A stretch of DNA of 64,000 nt from an uncultured bacterium (GCA_963826535.1 CAWGXL010000011.1:576809-640808); one strand, 5' to 3'. Counted from the stretch's first letter, positions 46,953-57,884 are shown. The notes: generated from the sequence alone by a model not told the origin. Translations and numbers: made by a program.

Positions 46953-49288
46953 TTTTAAGAATATTGCTGAATTTTTTGCTCGTCAATTCCCAATCATGTT
47001 TCGCTGCTTCATTTCTGGCCTCAATAGACAATTTTTGCTGAATAGCTTTATTCTGCAAAAGTTTTATAATTTGTCGCGAAAAAGATTGGTGATCACCAAG
47101 AGGTGCCAGGAGATAGCCGTTTTTATATACACTTCCTAAAACACCGTTATCGTACCCTATAATAGGTAAGCCGCATGCCATTGCTTCGGCAACTGCCAGT
47201 CCCCATCCTGCTTCATGATCGAGAAAGAGAAAAATATCAGCCTGTTTCATAATACTATACACTTTCTCATAGGGAAGGAAGCCAAGAAGCGAAATATTTT
47301 TAGATAAAGATTCTTCCTTAATTTTGAGACGCAGGGATTTTTTTAAATATTCAGAGCCATCGCCGATAATGGCGAGCTTAGACAGAGGCAATTTTTTCGT
47401 TACTTCTTTCCAGATAGGAATGGTATCAAAGATACCTTTGGTCACATGAAGTCTGCCTAAAAAAACTGCATTAAATGAATTTGCTTTATCTTGTTTTACT
47501 TTTTCTATTTTTTCGAGTTCTATACCTCCTCCTAAGACTTTTAACCTTTCTTTTTTGAAACCTTTTTTTTGCAGGTCATTATGGAGATTAGCATTTAACG
47601 CAAGAGTAAGATCAGCTTGGGTTCTCATCATGGTAAGTGAAAGAGACTGCATGAGATATGAGATGAGATTCACAAATATGTTTCCTCGTCTTTTATTAGG
47701 AGGCGCGATAAGGTGATGTACTCTTGCGATCCAGTGGGTATTGGGGTATCTTTTTTTTATAAAAAATGCAGGTAGTACATCGGGTAGTACATCGGTAGAT
47801 GAGTAGAGAATAGATTTTACATTTTGAGTTGAAGCAGGCGAAATTTTATGCTTAAGAATATTGTATGTTTGAAACATTCTTATACAATAAGCTATAAGAA
47901 TTTGAACAGGTTTACGGCTATGGTCAAATATATTATGATTTAAGGCGGTAATTTTTTTTTGTAACGGGGAGTGTTGCCAATGTTTTGCGCCTACGCCCGA
48001 GACAATAATCGAGAAGGTGTAATTGTCTGCCAGATGCATTGCCATCGGCTCCATAAGCTTATCTCCGCCGGCAATGGAAGTTCCGTGAACATGGCTTATT
48101 TCTACTACAAATATTTTTGGCTTGATGTGAACTACCTCTAGTATGAGACTGAGCAATTGTCGGGTATTTGCTTCCCAGGAAAGTTTTTCTTTAACAGTTT
48201 TCCAGGCATGCGCGCCCATTTTATATGCTTCTCTTTCATCATTAAGAAGTTTTTGGATATATGCGGTGTATTCAGTAACATCAACATGGCTCGGAAAAAA
48301 TCCATCAACTCCATGTTTAAATATATCAGTTACGCCTGAGAATTTGGGAATAATAATTGGCAGTCCATGTCCAGCAGCTTCAAGGGCAGCAAGTCCAAAG
48401 GCTTCAAAATGGGGATGGAGAAAAAGACGTGCCTCATTACAAAGCGCCCGCAATTTTTTTTTGTCGTAAGCGGGGACAAGAGACACTCTTTTTTGCAGTT
48501 TTTCTTCTTTTATAAATGTACTAAATGCATTTAATTCTTTTTGGTCAATCCAAGTTCCGGCAATTGTCAGATGTGTATCCGGTATTTTTTTTAAAAGCTT
48601 TAAGAGGAAATAAGGGTTTTTTTCGTTTTGCCAGCGGCCGAAGGAGAGTAATTGACTGCCGCGTTTTTTTGGTATAGATTTGATAGCTTCCGTACCAAAA
48701 GTATGAATAACCGGGGTAACACCATAATTATTTTTTATATAATTATAGTGAACTTTTGAAATAATTATTGTTTTTTTTGCATCACTGACTATTGAGCGTT
48801 CAAAATACCGGGCGAGTGGATAAAGCAAGGGAAAAAGGAACCGCAATATGGTTTTTGCATAAACTTTTTTCAAAATATAAACAATCGGGTCATGAATTAC
48901 CGCTATATACGGGATTTTAAGGGTGCGGTATATGGCTTGGGTTGTTAGGCTAGAAGTTGTGCCAAGACTTATAAGGATATCATATTTATCTTTGCGTAAA
49001 ACTTTGGGCGCGAAAAAAGGACTAATAAGGTGCAGGGTTGATAAGAAACTAAATACAGGGAATTTTATAGTTTTGCGGAAAAAAGTTCGGGTAAGAGTCG
49101 GATAAGTATTGAAAAGGGACATTCTTAACTAAATAAGAAAAGTCGGTAGGATAAATTTTGCGCATGATGATAAGGAGTTTGGCATTGTGGCCAAGTTTAT
49201 TTAGTTCTTTGACTTGTGCTATGGCTGCCAGTTGTACGCCTCCGGCTAGTAACTGATCGATGACAATGCCAATATGTAATTTTCTCAT
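46939..49288 (-). pseudogene. double-GT4 glycosyltransferase split by a +1 frameshift in a T6 run (49079-49084)
   Basis: N-terminal ORF (DQLLAGGVQ...YLSDSYPNF) joins the downstream frame (FRKTIKFPVF) if one T is removed; two GT4 motifs EAFGLAALEAA and GWGLAVAEAMA. Confidence 0.8.
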
Positions 49289-49392
49289 TCACTTTTATAA
49301 TACAGGATTTTATTGTCTTTGCAAGAGAAATATATTTTATTAGAGAAAAGCCGATTTGTTATAATCGAACTAGCGTTTTCGATAATATATAT

Positions 49393-50271
49393 ATGAAGTT
49401 TTTGCGTTTAGGACTGCGTTCATTTATTCTTGATTGGCAACTTCTCCAATCTAATTTCCCAATAATTTTTTTGTATAGATGTGAATTTATTTTTAAAAAA
49501 TATTTATTAATTTTAAAACATCACTTTTTACAAATTGCGCTAATCCCAGAAAAAAATAATATATTTATTGGAAAACGAAGTTATTTTTACGGTTCAGTGT
49601 TTGGTTTGGCTGTTTTTCAATCAATGGTAATTACACTAAACAAACATATACTTCCCATTCTCAGTTCTATAGAAAAACCGGTTATTATTGATGTCGGAGC
49701 ACATCTCGGATTTTTTTCTTTACCACTTGCTTCATTACTAAATAAACCAATAATCTATGCATTAGAACCGGTTTCAGTTACTTTTAATTTGCTTGTTAAA
49801 AATGTGAACCATACAAGTTTAATTAAAACATTCCGTCTTGGGTTATTAGATAAACCTCAAAAAAAAATTATTTTTTATAATCCTGAACTGTTAATGTACA
49901 GCTCGCTGTTAAGTGAGAGGTTTACATGGGATAAAAGCCCGCACAAAGAAACAATTAGTCTTAATACACTAGATGCATTTTGTAAAGAAAATAAAATTAT
50001 TTCAATAGACCTTCTTAAAATTGATGCAGAGGGGGTAGAAGAAAGAATTCTTAGAGGAGGAAACAAGATACTATCCCGAACGCGGTATTTATTTTTAGAA
50101 TGTTCACTTGATCAAGTTGATAATTCAACTTTTAGTTCTCTTGTGGGGTGTCTCAGCGGAAAAAGATATAACTTTCAGTTAATAAAAATTACCTCCACTT
50201 TAAAAGATCAAGCAGGCTGTTTACTATTAGTAAATTTGCTATTTAAAAATCTTTTATTTAAAAGTAGTTGA
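49393..50271 (+). CDS. FkbM family methyltransferase
   Basis: IDVGAHLG, ALEP, LLKIDAEGVE. Confidence 0.9.
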   Translation: MKFLRLGLRSFILDWQLLQSNFPIIFLYRCEFIFKKYLLILKHHFLQIALIPEKNNIFIGKRSYFYGSVFGLAVFQSMVITLNKHILPILSSIEKPVIIDVGAHLGFFSLPLASLLNKPIIYALEPVSVTFNLLVKNVNHTSLIKTFRLGLLDKPQKKIIFYNPELLMYSSLLSERFTWDKSPHKETISLNTLDAFCKENKIISIDLLKIDAEGVEERILRGGNKILSRTRYLFLECSLDQVDNSTFSSLVGCLSGKRYNFQLIKITSTLKDQAGCLLLVNLLFKNLLFKSS

Positions 50272-50326
50272 TGAATTTATAGAGTCAACATTGGGTCATG
50301 TTCATATCTTTGTTATAGTTTTTTCA

Positions 50327-51094
50327 TTATAGTTTATATTTCGCATATATATCGCCGCAGAGGTATTTATTATTAATGGATCTTAGCTTTTTATAAAGGA
50401 TATCGGCATTTATCCAATTGGAAAATTTTAAGTCCCATTCTTCACAAAGAACACAATTGAATTTTACATTACCAAGCGACGATAGATACTTCATATTTTC
50501 ATAAGCATCATCTAAAAGTTCTTTTTGAAATTCAAAAGATATAAACTTAATAGGTTGACTCAACCCTTTTATAACCGGTTTTTCAAATCCCTCCACATCA
50601 ATTTTGCAGAATGTTGGTAATCCATATTGTCGTATCAATGAATCTAAAGTAGTTACAGGCACTGTATAAGAATCGGTCCACTTAAAGTTATTTGAAAATC
50701 TGAATTCACGTCTCCACTTATCATTCATAGTTGCAATTGCCGGTTCATCCTTATTTGTATATAGTTTTAGCCGTCCATTTTTTTCAGCAACTCCTTTGGG
50801 TACTATGATTACGCGCTTTTTATTTTTGAAGGATTTATACAATTGTTGAAGGCATTGTTTTGACGGTTCAACGCATACGACCTTTTTGGCTCCTAAGTTC
50901 AGATAGATTTTTGACATTTGACCGACACATGCACCAATATCAAAGCAAATATCTCCTCTTTTAACAAATTGAGAGAAAAAATTCAGCTCGTTTCTGCGAC
51001 GAAAAATATGTAGACGATCATATAAAATCCACAGCATTCTTGCTTTTGAATAAAGATTAAGAGACCAGAGTAATTTCATTATCAACCACCGCAT
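50327..51094 (-). CDS. FkbM family methyltransferase
   Basis: FDIGACVG, CVEP, CKIDVEGFE. Confidence 0.9.
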   Translation of the reverse strand: MRWLIMKLLWSLNLYSKARMLWILYDRLHIFRRRNELNFFSQFVKRGDICFDIGACVGQMSKIYLNLGAKKVVCVEPSKQCLQQLYKSFKNKKRVIIVPKGVAEKNGRLKLYTNKDEPAIATMNDKWRREFRFSNNFKWTDSYTVPVTTLDSLIRQYGLPTFCKIDVEGFEKPVIKGLSQPIKFISFEFQKELLDDAYENMKYLSSLGNVKFNCVLCEEWDLKFSNWINADILYKKLRSINNKYLCGDIYAKYKL

Positions 51095-51095
51095 A

Positions 51096-51809
51096 TTATG
51101 TATCGATTTGTTTTTGCGCTGCTATCCAGAAACTGTTTCGTAACATAGATATTGGTGAAGAAAAAAAGAGATAAATTATTAAATTTTTTGTCCAAAATGG
51201 TAGTTTACCAAAGAGGGGAGGAAAAGCCCTGTCGAATATAGGTTTGTAGGTAGCTTTAAAACGAGTTTTTGTATCAATGAAACCAAAGCTTTTCAATAAA
51301 ACTGATAAACTTTTTGGTGTATAGAATTTAATATGCGTTGGATCGGAATAGGCGAACCATTTTTCCCTTAGTAATAATCGAATTGGACTAGCGAAGTTAG
51401 GAGTGACCAAGAAAATAAATCCTTTAGGTTTTAGTATACGTTTTGCTTCATTGAGAAACTTTTCAACTTCTACGGGGGACAAATGTTCAATTACAGAAAT
51501 TACCGAAATAATATCGAAAGAATTATTTTTAAAGGGCAATTTTGTCGCAGATGCTTTTATAATTGTATTTTTTTTATTTATTTTTCTTGCAAATTTTAAT
51601 GCATCCTCATAAATGTCACAACCCAAAGATTTAAAGCCATTTTCGTTAAAAAATTTGACTATTCTCCCTGTACCGCAACCAACGTCTAATAGCTTTTCCA
51701 GTTTATACTCACTCATAAATATTCTAATTGATTCTGCTAATTGCACATCAAGTTGGTCTCTATCTTCAAAGTATTTTTTGTCGTATTGTTTTAGATATTG
51801 TATAGCCAT
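51096..51809 (-). CDS. class I SAM methyltransferase
   Basis: LDVGCGTG, LPFKNNSFD, VIEHL, DPTH. Confidence 0.9.
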   Translation of the reverse strand: MAIQYLKQYDKKYFEDRDQLDVQLAESIRIFMSEYKLEKLLDVGCGTGRIVKFFNENGFKSLGCDIYEDALKFARKINKKNTIIKASATKLPFKNNSFDIISVISVIEHLSPVEVEKFLNEAKRILKPKGFIFLVTPNFASPIRLLLREKWFAYSDPTHIKFYTPKSLSVLLKSFGFIDTKTRFKATYKPIFDRAFPPLFGKLPFWTKNLIIYLFFSSPISMLRNSFWIAAQKQIDT

Positions 51810-51812
51810 ATT

Positions 51813-52943
51813 TTATTTTGTTTTAATTGTTTTCAATATCACTTTTTCCCATTCCCCTGCACAATAATCCCAGGTATAAATATGAGCTAAATTGTTTGCA
51901 TTCTTGCCAAGAATATACCGAAGTTTGGGATTATTAATTAATACTGTCATATAATGGGAAAGTTTATCAATGTTTTCTGCGACAAAGCCAGTTTTTTCAT
52001 GAAGAATTATTTCAAGCGCAGCGGCTTGGTTGAGTGCAATTGTGGGTTTGTTAAAATAAGCCGCTTCGTAGATTGACAAACCAAAGTATAAGTATCGATC
52101 CGCAGTTGCACAGATGTCTGTTTGTTTATAGAGCTTCGAAAGTTCGTTGTCTGATGGATTAAGAATTATATTTACTTGTTTGCCGCCTAACTTTTTTAAA
52201 TATTTAACATATTTCAATTTCGGCTGAGAACCTACAATTGTCAGAAGAATGTTTTTATTTGTTTTTATTTTCTTAAGTGCATTGAGTAATATATGAAATC
52301 CTTTATAGGGAGTGATTCTTGATACAGAAATAATATTAAAGGTGTTTTTCTTAGTTTTTGTTGGCGATTTAATAATTGGCAAAAAACTGGTTCCGTGGAA
52401 AATTACTTTATCACACTTTCTTTTATAAAGTGCTTCACCTTCTCTAGCAGAAAATTCACTAATAGCTACAATTGAATTTGAAAGTCTGAATGAGATAAAA
52501 TCGTTCATGTAAATATATAAATTTGCAACCTGATTTAAAAACTTGTCTTTAAAAGTCAATTTTTCATTTGGATTTTTATTTTCTAAAAGCGCGTCAAATT
52601 GGGTGCCTTGGTACATACGGATTATTGGTACTCCGGTAAATTTCGCGGCAACGAAAAAGGGGAGAGTTCCGGAAAACCAGACAGCATCAGGGGGATTTTT
52701 TTTAAGCTCAAGATACAAAGCAATGGCAGAGAAATATTTTATGCGTTTTATTTTTATAAAAACAATCCGTACACCGCTATCATTAAGGTCAGCGAGCGCG
52801 GTATGGTCAAGCATTGTATTGTAAGCAAAGACTGTAACATTGTGGCCACGTTTTGCCAGATGCTTTGCGATCATAAGAGGTGCCCGGGCTCCGGAATGGT
52901 AATTGATAATTTCTGTTAATACACCAATTTTTAATTTTTTCAT
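51813..52943 (-). CDS. GT4 glycosyltransferase
   Basis: VSRITPYKG, FGLSIYEAA. Confidence 0.88.
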   Translation of the reverse strand: MKKLKIGVLTEIINYHSGARAPLMIAKHLAKRGHNVTVFAYNTMLDHTALADLNDSGVRIVFIKIKRIKYFSAIALYLELKKNPPDAVWFSGTLPFFVAAKFTGVPIIRMYQGTQFDALLENKNPNEKLTFKDKFLNQVANLYIYMNDFISFRLSNSIVAISEFSAREGEALYKRKCDKVIFHGTSFLPIIKSPTKTKKNTFNIISVSRITPYKGFHILLNALKKIKTNKNILLTIVGSQPKLKYVKYLKKLGGKQVNIILNPSDNELSKLYKQTDICATADRYLYFGLSIYEAAYFNKPTIALNQAAALEIILHEKTGFVAENIDKLSHYMTVLINNPKLRYILGKNANNLAHIYTWDYCAGEWEKVILKTIKTK

Positions 52944-52972
52944 TGTTTAATTCGAGTTATGTAATACCTTCC

Positions 52973-53076
52973 TTGTCATTCCCATGAAAATGGGAATCTA
53001 TATTAATTAAGTTCTGGATTCCCCCACCCTTGTCAAGCAAGCGGACTCCTTCGTCAGCCCCTTCGCGGGAATGACG
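52973..53076. repeat. inverted family A pair; right copy interrupted by a nested TGTCAAGCA element
   Basis: GTCATTCCCATGAAAATGGGAATC and CTGGATTCCCC[CACCCTTGTCAAGCAAGCGGACTCCTTCGTCAGCCC]CTTCGCGGGAATGAC. Confidence 0.78.
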
Positions 53077-53848
53077 GTAAGTTTTTAATACTGATAACAA
53101 ATGAGACTGAGGGTATGCTTTTGAATTCGGGAAGAAACTTGATTACTTTTCCATAATTAAATGGCAGTGTCCAAACTCCTTTAAAGACTACTTGCAAACC
53201 GGCATTTTCAACCATTTTAAACACATTTTTTTGACTGATTGGTTTTTCAATTGGTTGATGCTTTATTTTAAATAAGAAAGTTACGGCATTATGAAAAAAC
53301 CAGGCAAACGGGATTGGAGGATGTTGATGCACTGTCAGAATTTGAATCTGTGAAATTCGCGCCATTTCATTGATTGCTAATTGTGGATCGGCAAAATGTT
53401 CCAGATTGCCGCTGGAAATGGCAATGTCAAAGGCGTTATCTTTAAACGGAAGAGCATGAGCATCAGCAAGAACCAGATATTTCGCACCATTTGTTTTCGC
53501 TTTTTTTAATGCTTTGAGCGAGAATTCTACTCCAACAGTATCCGATGCCATTTTTTCAATAATTCCTTCGCCGCAGGCAATATCAACAGTTTTATTGCCT
53601 CGGGCAATACTTGCCAGGATTTCATAGGAGCCGTCTGTTGGACCGCCAAATGTTTTTTTGTGCATGGAATCATAGAGTTTGGCTGAAGTTAGCGTTTTGG
53701 GGTGCTCAATATATAAAAAATCCCAAATACCACCCGTAAATTTAAAGGAAAATTTGCATTTCGTGCAAGTCCCTTTATTTTTTATTCCAATAATTGGTTT
53801 TTTACAGCGGGGACAAGCGAATAGGCTTTCTAAGTTGATTTTCGTCAT
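53054..53848 (-). CDS. methyltransferase with N-terminal Trm112-like zinc ribbon
   Basis: FACPRC..CTKC..GGIWDF, DIACGEG, LPFKDNAFD, LEHF. Confidence 0.85.
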   Translation of the reverse strand: MTKINLESLFACPRCKKPIIGIKNKGTCTKCKFSFKFTGGIWDFLYIEHPKTLTSAKLYDSMHKKTFGGPTDGSYEILASIARGNKTVDIACGEGIIEKMASDTVGVEFSLKALKKAKTNGAKYLVLADAHALPFKDNAFDIAISSGNLEHFADPQLAINEMARISQIQILTVHQHPPIPFAWFFHNAVTFLFKIKHQPIEKPISQKNVFKMVENAGLQVVFKGVWTLPFNYGKVIKFLPEFKSIPSVSFVISIKNLPSFPRRG

Positions 53849-54759
53849 ATGTTTTTTGCATTAAGAGTTTGAGTCAAATGGGTAATGTTCCACCAAAGTC
53901 CTTTAAGAAATGGTACAAACTTTTTATCGTGCAGTATGATTAACCGGTACGGTGTTATAAGGAAGAGCTGGAATGAGAGGATGCTTATTTTGTTGATAAG
54001 GGGGAGGTTTTTTAGGGTGAAGCGGATCTTATTTTTGTACCATTGATAGTATTTTAATTGTTTGTTTTTATTTGCCGTTGTAGTTTCTCCATGCCAGAAA
54101 ATTGCAGTAGGAAGATATCTTACCGATAAGCCGGAATTTTTCACCCGCAGACAAAGGTCAACATCCTCAAAATATGCAAGTGAGAATCCTTCATCTAAAA
54201 GACCTATTTTTTTTAACACTTTTTTTGGTATTAACATAGCGCATCCTTGGACCCAATCAGGCTCATTAATTTTACCGGGAAAAGGGGCGCGGAAAATTTT
54301 ACCATTCCAAGTGTTCATCATATACCCGCATGATATGAGTTTTTTCGGGCTACTTTTTAAAAATATTTTTCCTCCAACTAAACCGACTGAGCGATGTTGT
54401 TCAATATATTCAACCATATTATTCAAACTATTTTTTTCAAATAAAATATCATCATTGCCTATAAAAATGTATTTTCCAGTAGATTTTTTAATCCCAATAT
54501 TAATTGCTTTTGCAAAGCCTAGATTTTTTTCCATTTTTATCAGTGTAACTTTTGGAAATTTCAATTTTATTTTTTTATCCGAACCATCAGTTGAATTATT
54601 ATCCACAATTATGACTTCAATTTTATTTTGGGGGTAGTTTAATTTATGGATTGATGTTAAGCATTCAATGGGTTCAAGACCACCATTAAATACTGGAAAG
54701 GTGATAGAGACAGTCGGGAATGATTTGTTATTTGGGGTAAAGTACGTTTTTTTGTTCAT
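53845..54759 (-). CDS. GT2 glycosyltransferase (paralog of 40837-41781)
   Basis: VDNNSTDGS, NLGFAKAIN, GNDD, YFEDVDLCLR. Confidence 0.9.
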   Translation of the reverse strand: MNKKTYFTPNNKSFPTVSITFPVFNGGLEPIECLTSIHKLNYPQNKIEVIIVDNNSTDGSDKKIKLKFPKVTLIKMEKNLGFAKAINIGIKKSTGKYIFIGNDDILFEKNSLNNMVEYIEQHRSVGLVGGKIFLKSSPKKLISCGYMMNTWNGKIFRAPFPGKINEPDWVQGCAMLIPKKVLKKIGLLDEGFSLAYFEDVDLCLRVKNSGLSVRYLPTAIFWHGETTTANKNKQLKYYQWYKNKIRFTLKNLPLINKISILSFQLFLITPYRLIILHDKKFVPFLKGLWWNITHLTQTLNAKNI

Positions 54760-55807
54760 CTGAAAGCAATATTAGTATATCATTTTTAATTTGGAATATT
54801 GATTTACAACGTTTACAGATAAAGGTTTTTTTTTCTTTTTGGAAAGTGATATTGGGCTTGGAAGGACAATTGGGGCAGGCAAGATAATCCAGAAGATTTG
54901 AGGATTTAATATTACGCATTGAATCAGTTGAAAGATGGCAAAGCGCTCCGATGCCACCACCCAATAATTGAAGTAGAATGTTTTGAAAGTATGGGGGATT
55001 GAGCCATCTTTTTTTTCTGTTTTTTTGGCGGAAAATTATTCCTTTAAAGGGAAAAATTACGAGTTGTGCATGTACATTGGAGAATAGGTTCAAAGCCTTT
55101 TCCCAGGTTTTAATTGTAAAAGTTTCTTCAAGAATATTATTATCAACCTCACTTTTTCCAATTCTTGATATGAAATGGAGGATAATAAATACTTTGAGGA
55201 TTTTTTCAAACCAACGCAAATGAATATCGCGACGCCAGAGGTTTAAGTTAAAAATTTGACCAACAGGTTCTTCATTAAAATAGAAATACCCACCGGGAGC
55301 AAGAACTCTTTTAATTTCTTTTAATACCGGGTAAGGGTCGGGGAGATGGTGGAGGGTTTGGAATGTAAAGATAAACGGAATACTTCCGGTAATAAATGGC
55401 AAATTGTAAACGTCACAAACAACTCTAATAGGCATTTTCTTAAATTGCAATACTTTTTTATACTGTGGTGCTAATGCTAAAGTTTCGAAAGAGATGTCAG
55501 AGGTAAATCCTTCTAAGTTATAGTTATTGTTAAGTAGCATTGCTCCCTGTCCCACCCCTGCGCCAAGTTCCAGATAAGGCCCTTTCTGGAAAATATGTTT
55601 ATTTTTAAGCTTATTAAAGTATCCGGTATAATCTTTAATACGTTCTTTTACTATTTCTATATATTCTGAACCTGATGGTTCTCCGGGATAGACAATTTTT
55701 TTCCCACCGAATTGTCCCGCCAGTTTTTTCCTAAAGTCGACTTCGCCTTTTTTATTGTGATTTGATTGGGTTTGAATCTTAATAAAATGAAGTTTATCAT
55801 AATATAT
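54728..55807 (-). CDS. methyltransferase with C-terminal Trm112-like zinc ribbon; canonical start missing
   Basis: The open frame extends upstream of the tracked GTG (55555) and includes SAM motif YLELGAGVG. There is no in-frame ATG; an in-frame ATA lies at 55807. Confidence 0.75.
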   Translation of the reverse strand: MYYDKLHFIKIQTQSNHNKKGEVDFRKKLAGQFGGKKIVYPGEPSGSEYIEIVKERIKDYTGYFNKLKNKHIFQKGPYLELGAGVGQGAMLLNNNYNLEGFTSDISFETLALAPQYKKVLQFKKMPIRVVCDVYNLPFITGSIPFIFTFQTLHHLPDPYPVLKEIKRVLAPGGYFYFNEEPVGQIFNLNLWRRDIHLRWFEKILKVFIILHFISRIGKSEVDNNILEETFTIKTWEKALNLFSNVHAQLVIFPFKGIIFRQKNRKKRWLNPPYFQNILLQLLGGGIGALCHLSTDSMRNIKSSNLLDYLACPNCPSKPNITFQKEKKTFICKRCKSIFQIKNDILILLSDEQKNVLYPK

Positions 55808-55938
55808 TGTCTTATGGTAGAATGATTTTGCATTATAGTTTACGCTTTTATGCGGAAAAAATTATTTTTATGTACTGGATCCGCCAGCTGGCGAATGACC
55901 GCGTCAAACGCGGCTTCGCAACTGTGTAAGTCCTAATT

Positions 55939-57060
55939 ATGCAAGTGCTCCTTATCAGTCCAAAAGATCCCAAAGTTCCTTCCAATTTAAAGTTTCTTAT
56001 GGGTGGAGAAAATACTTATACACAATCTTTACTTTCTACACCACCTTCAGGGATTACTTATACGCATTTTATAGATGCTTTGGTAAAAGGGGATATAGAA
56101 TATTCTTTTTGGCAGAAAATTTTATCAAATTTAATAAAGTTTCGAATACTTCCCCTTGACAGCGGGTATCATTGCATAAAGCTAAATAAACGGTTTGATC
56201 TTATCTTTTGTCATGGATATAATTTGAAATTAAACGGTTCGATTCTGCCGCCAGTAGTATTGGGAGATAGTTCCAGCAACTATCTTTTTTTGAAAGACTA
56301 TTTAGGGTGGAAAGAGTCAAGGATACGGAGGCTATACGCAATAAGGAAAAAACTACATAGATATTTAGGAGTATTTGACCGCGATCTTAATCTGCAAAAT
56401 TGTTTTAAGCTGATTGTATTCTCTGAATTTGCTAAAAAATTACATGTTTCTCTTGGCGCAGACAGGAATAAAATCTCAGTTATTTATCCCGGTATACCGG
56501 TCCGGAGAATAAAGAAAAAGAAACAGATTAAAATAATACAAATATTTTTTGCAGGGGTTTGGTTTGAACGAAAGGGAGGAATGGTTCTATTGCATGCTTT
56601 TCAAATACTTAAAAAAAAGTATCCGAATATTCATCTTACTATTTTAGGTCCTATTCCGGAAGGTGTTTCTATCAATAAAAAGGAAATAACACAGATTGAT
56701 TTTGTTTCTTATGATAGGTTATTGAATGAGTTTTATCCTACGGCGGATATATTTGTTCTAGTTCCTCCCAAGGTTGAGGGTTTTGGGATGGTGGCTGTTG
56801 AAGCTGCGTCTTACGGCATACCAACTGTTGTTAGTAATGTTTGTGCTTTACCGGAAATTGTTGAGCAGGGAAAGACGGGATTCATTGTTGAGCGGAATAA
56901 TCCTCGCGAACTTGTAAAAGCGCTTGAAAAGCTTATTCAAAATCCGAGTTATAGGAAAAAGATGGGTGAAGCAGCCAGAAGACGATTTTTACAAAAATTT
57001 ACTACTGACATTATGAATAAACAACTCCTTCGTATTTACCGGACAGCTATTCGAAAATAA
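55939..57060 (+). CDS. GT4 glycosyltransferase
   Basis: WFERKGG, EGFGMVAVEAASYG. Confidence 0.9.
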   Translation: MQVLLISPKDPKVPSNLKFLMGGENTYTQSLLSTPPSGITYTHFIDALVKGDIEYSFWQKILSNLIKFRILPLDSGYHCIKLNKRFDLIFCHGYNLKLNGSILPPVVLGDSSSNYLFLKDYLGWKESRIRRLYAIRKKLHRYLGVFDRDLNLQNCFKLIVFSEFAKKLHVSLGADRNKISVIYPGIPVRRIKKKKQIKIIQIFFAGVWFERKGGMVLLHAFQILKKKYPNIHLTILGPIPEGVSINKKEITQIDFVSYDRLLNEFYPTADIFVLVPPKVEGFGMVAVEAASYGIPTVVSNVCALPEIVEQGKTGFIVERNNPRELVKALEKLIQNPSYRKKMGEAARRRFLQKFTTDIMNKQLLRIYRTAIRK

Positions 57061-57066
57061 GTAATA

Positions 57067-57882
57067 CTATTTTTGTTTAAATTTATATATTGTCCATAAT
57101 ACCCAAACTAAGGATTTATAACTCAGGAAAGTTGCTGTAAGTAGGGGATGTTTGATTAAATCTCGCCAGGAATGCAACCAAATAGAAGTGCGATAGAGAA
57201 AACTTTTTTGTTGAGAGAATGCCTTGGGGTATTTTTGGGCATAGTGGTGGATATAATGAATATAATACATTTCTTTTTGAAGGAGTTTTTTTAAACTGTT
57301 TCTTGCTTCATGATGATTAACGATGGTATTTTGGGGGATATGCAGTTTGAAGCCATTAGACAAGAAAGTTTGAGTTATTGCCCAATCTTCACCGGAGATT
57401 AGCGTTTCATCGTACCCGCCAAGTTGTAAGAATTCCTTTCGCGGAAAGAATCGGGCGGCAATTAGCCAGCGCGCGTTATTGTAGCAGTTTTTTTCGAGGC
57501 TCAATGCTTTGGTGAGAAATGTATAACCAATTGCTTTTTCTTTTATGGCAATGATTATAGGGGTTTGTTTTTTTTGTATTTGTGAAACCACTTCAGAAAC
57601 GACGTTATTTGATAATTCCATATCCGCGTCAATAAAAAGAAGCCACACGCCTTGAGCTTTCTTTGCTCCGGTATTCCGTTGGCTTGAGCGTTCATTGCCG
57701 GCAATGTAAACATTTTCGGTGAAGCGATGCGCCAGGACCACAGTTTTGTCTTGTGAATGATTATCAACCACTATGATCTCTATTTTCCCTTTATAGTTTT
57801 GGTTTTTTATTGATTGTAGACAGCGTACTATATTGCTTTCTTCGTTTTTGGTTGGGATTATGATTGAGACGAGAGGATGCAT
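57067..57882 (-). CDS. GT2 glycosyltransferase
   Basis: VSIIIPTKNEE, VVDNHSQD, FIDADM, GED. Confidence 0.9.
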   Translation of the reverse strand: MHPLVSIIIPTKNEESNIVRCLQSIKNQNYKGKIEIIVVDNHSQDKTVVLAHRFTENVYIAGNERSSQRNTGAKKAQGVWLLFIDADMELSNNVVSEVVSQIQKKQTPIIIAIKEKAIGYTFLTKALSLEKNCYNNARWLIAARFFPRKEFLQLGGYDETLISGEDWAITQTFLSNGFKLHIPQNTIVNHHEARNSLKKLLQKEMYYIHYIHHYAQKYPKAFSQQKSFLYRTSIWLHSWRDLIKHPLLTATFLSYKSLVWVLWTIYKFKQK

Positions 57883-57884
57883 TG

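Noticed and set aside
54062-54637. 191-aa plus-strand ORF
   Set aside because: Antisense to a well-supported GT2
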